This document shows positions 29,962 to 32,000 of a stretch of 32,000 nucleotides of DNA, piece by piece (positions within the stretch are counted from its first letter, which is position 1; the number at the start of each line of letters is the position of its first letter). The stretch comes from an uncultured archaeon. GTDB taxonomy: Archaea; Iainarchaeota; Iainarchaeia; Iainarchaeales; JAAZKV01. Under the pieces are notes generated by a model. It saw only the letters and a list, made by a program, of their open reading frames with translations, had not been told where the DNA came from and did not search any database. Where the stretch lies: the NCBI GenBank assembly GCA_964551375.1, contig CAZKBG010000001.1:180001-212000 (forward strand). Direction: 5' to 3'. Made by a program: the position numbers and the translations under genes.

Positions 29962-30303
29962 TTATTTTGCCCTTTTTCCTATCCATTCATCCAAAAGCGG
30001 TTCAGGAACAAATCCCACAAATTCATCAATGACTTTCCCGTCTTTAAACATTTTCACCGCAGGAATGCCAGTTATTCCAAATCTTGTTGATTGAATTGGA
30101 TTAGCGTCAACATTTAGTTTTGCAATCTTTACTTTGCCTTTGTATTTTGCAGCAAGCTTTTCCATCACAGGAGTCAGCATTTTACAAGGCATGCACCAGT
30201 CAGCCCAAAAATCAACCACCACAATTTCTCCTTTTGGCGCTTTTAACACCATTTCATCAAAATTTTTATCACTTATTTCTATCGCATTATGCATATTATT
30301 CAC
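29962..30303 (-). CDS. trxA: Thioredoxin
   Basis: 113 aa. VVDFWADWCMPCK has the WCxPC active site, and GIPAVKMFKDGK is the cis-Pro loop region. Confidence 0.85.
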   Translation of the reverse strand: MNNMHNAIEISDKNFDEMVLKAPKGEIVVVDFWADWCMPCKMLTPVMEKLAAKYKGKVKIAKLNVDANPIQSTRFGITGIPAVKMFKDGKVIDEFVGFVPEPLLDEWIGKRAK

Positions 30304-30416
30304 CGTGCCCCATTAAGTCAGTAGTGATTATTATACACACACTCATTTATATACGATTTGAAGTTGTGCAAATGAACCGCTTTTATTCACACCCAGTTTA
30401 TAAAAAATAGAAATTC

Positions 30417-30440
30417 TGCCGCAGTTTTTACTCCGCGGCA
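30417..30440 (-). terminator. Hairpin plus T-run downstream of the SPFH gene
   Basis: TGCCGC (30417-30422) pairs with GCGGCA (30435-30440) across a 12-nt loop. On the minus strand it is followed by GAATTTCTATTTTTT. Confidence 0.3.
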
Positions 30441-30484
30441 AAATCTAAATCTTTATTTTGCTTTCCAATCACTTTTATTTTCCA

Positions 30485-31285
30485 TTACCTTGATTTTTTC
30501 TTTCCCATTACCTTGTTAATATTTTGAGCCATTTCAAGCACATCCACAGGCACTGCCAAAATAACAGTGTTGCTTGCGCTTGGACCAAGACCGTCAATTG
30601 TTTGAAGAGTCCTTAGTTGCATTGCGCCTTTAGTTTTAGCCATGATTTGAGCGGCTTTTGAAAGATTCTCCGCAGCCATTCTATCCCCTTCGGATTTAAT
30701 GATAGTAGCTCTTTTTTCTCTTTCAGAGCTTGCCTGCCTTGACATGATTCTTTTCAAATCTTCAGGCATTTCAATATCCTGCAGTTTGATTTCCTGAACT
30801 TCAATCCCCCACTGGATTGAAGCTTTTTCAACAATTTTTTCAATGTCTTTTCCAATGTTTTCTCTTTCAGTCAAAACGTTATCAAGCATCATGCTCCCAG
30901 CAACGTCCCTTAATGCAGTCTGGGCATATTGTGAAATTGCATATTCATAATCTTGAATTTTTGTTACCGCTGTCGCAGCATCAGCGACTTTAAAATAAAC
31001 AACTCCATTTATCGCAACAGGAACGTTATCTTTAGTAATCACCTGCTGTTTTTGAATATCAATAGTAACAATTCTCATGTCAATTTTTCTAATCGAATCA
31101 ATTACTGGAATAATAATTCTAAGCCCCGGCTGAAGAGTGTCCTTATACTTCCCAAGCCTGAATCTTACCCCATTTTCCCACTGATTGATAATTCTAATTC
31201 CCATGATTGCTAAAATCACTGCTACAATTAGTATCAGCCAAAAGGAACCAAATAATACCCCAATTATTAAATCAGCTAATGCCAT
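30485..31285 (-). CDS. SPFH/band-7 (stomatin/prohibitin-like) membrane protein
   Basis: N-terminal TM helix, then INQWENGVRFRLGKY...IDMRIVTIDIQKQQVITKDNV...VYFKV..., the typical SPFH core, and a C-terminal coiled-coil/Ala-rich region. Confidence 0.85.
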   Translation of the reverse strand: MALADLIIGVLFGSFWLILIVAVILAIMGIRIINQWENGVRFRLGKYKDTLQPGLRIIIPVIDSIRKIDMRIVTIDIQKQQVITKDNVPVAINGVVYFKVADAATAVTKIQDYEYAISQYAQTALRDVAGSMMLDNVLTERENIGKDIEKIVEKASIQWGIEVQEIKLQDIEMPEDLKRIMSRQASSEREKRATIIKSEGDRMAAENLSKAAQIMAKTKGAMQLRTLQTIDGLGPSASNTVILAVPVDVLEMAQNINKVMGKKKSR

Positions 31286-31390
31286 AATCTTGCCCCCTTA
31301 TATGAATTATAATTAATCCTATTTTTAAATTAATTCACTGAAGAAGACTCGTTGAATTTTATCTAATTTATGGGCAAATTACATAAGTTC

Positions 31391-32000
31391 TTATTTGCTG
31401 CTGTGATGAGCCCATCTCTTTTTGTTCTTTTTATCATTCTTCCCTTCAAGCTTAATCATGCTCGCCCAGTCAAATTTAAAGAAAACAATAATCGCAACTA
31501 CGCCTATTATTTCAATCATAATAGTAAACAAGTTCATATTTCCAGCCATTGTGGACTGCACTGATGAGAAAACCTTGTCCACAGTGAAAACCAAAAATAA
31601 ATAACTAATAGTTCTTCCAACAACAAATCCAGCAAGTATTTCCCTCAACCTTGTCTTAGTCGCCCCAAAAGCAATGAATAAAGCATTTGAAGGAAGAGGG
31701 CTTAAAGCATAAATAATTGTGAAGGTAAACTTCTCCCAGCTCTTTGCGCTCAATTGCTTTTCAATTGATTTTAACTCATGCATCTTTTCCCTGCTCGCAA
31801 ATCGAGTAGCAACATACCCTGATAGTTTAGCAAGCGCAAAACGGCCCACAGTTGAAGCGCTCACTCCAATAAAAACAAGGACCCAAATATTCTGCGGCCT
31901 TGTTATATTAAAAAAAGACAAAACTGCCCAGGTAGGCGGAGCCATAGCAGGAACAACGTTAATTACAAGAACAATTACCCACTGAACAATCAAAAGAAGC
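31391..32000 (-). CDS. DedA/VTT-domain (SNARE-associated) membrane protein, possibly extending past the window edge
   Basis: VPAMAPPTWAVLSFF...GVSASTVGRFALAKLSG...ALSPLPSNALFIAFGATKTRLREILAGFVVGRTISYLF fits VTT/DedA motifs. The ORF-track start (31993) is a TTG, and the frame stays open to position 32000, so the true start may lie outside the window. Confidence 0.55.
   Translation of the reverse strand, partial: LLLIVQWVIVLVINVVPAMAPPTWAVLSFFNITRPQNIWVLVFIGVSASTVGRFALAKLSGYVATRFASREKMHELKSIEKQLSAKSWEKFTFTIIYALSPLPSNALFIAFGATKTRLREILAGFVVGRTISYLFLVFTVDKVFSSVQSTMAGNMNLFTIMIEIIGVVAIIVFFKFDWASMIKLEGKNDKKNKKRWAHHSSK

Noticed and set aside
1-32000. Search for CRISPR arrays, transposases, integrases, toxin-antitoxin pairs and known defence-system genes
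   Set aside because: I found no regularly spaced direct repeats and no recognisable recombinase, Cas, restriction-modification or other defence signature in any ORF. The only nuclease-like candidate is the weak 16918-17247 call, reported separately.

Overview
AT-rich, densely coding 32-kb window with short intergenic gaps, several overlapping start/stop codons and no rRNA, CRISPR array, transposase or integrase that I could see. The gene content suggests a small-genome archaeon, possibly DPANN-like; this is an inference, not a database result. It rests on an archaeal-type ribose-phosphate pyrophosphokinase, the HPS/PHI pair of the reverse ribulose-monophosphate route, PH1107-type GH130 enzymes, GTP-PEPCK, a short malic enzyme, a stand-alone cupin phosphomannose isomerase, tRNA genes without encoded CCA, and TATA-like boxes about 25 nt upstream of some start codons. 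The window has three parts. (1) 1-15.9 kb is central carbon metabolism: aminotransferase-PEPCK, a cytochrome-b5-like lipoprotein with an MsrQ-like membrane partner, two tandem two-domain GH130 genes, phosphomannomutase, cupin PMI, Prs, an RpiA-HPS fusion, PHI, a CoA-binding protein with an HGSNAT-like membrane acyltransferase, and a SpoU methyltransferase. (2) 16.1-26.4 kb lies between tRNA-Ser(GGA) and tRNA-Leu(GAG) and holds mostly ORFan membrane or secreted proteins. Its main gene encodes a 1743-aa N-terminally anchored, cysteine- and sequon-rich giant surface protein. That protein has a roughly 470-aa helical core, a glycine-rich hydrophobic segment and a strongly acidic linker. (3) 26.5-32 kb is a redox/housekeeping block: pirin, malic enzyme, a wHTH regulator, thioredoxin reductase, thioredoxin, an SPFH protein and a DedA/VTT protein. 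The best candidates for something new are the giant surface protein with its flanking small genes, the RpiA-HPS fusion inside a contiguous putative mannoside-to-PRPP locus, and the four-module GH130 pair.
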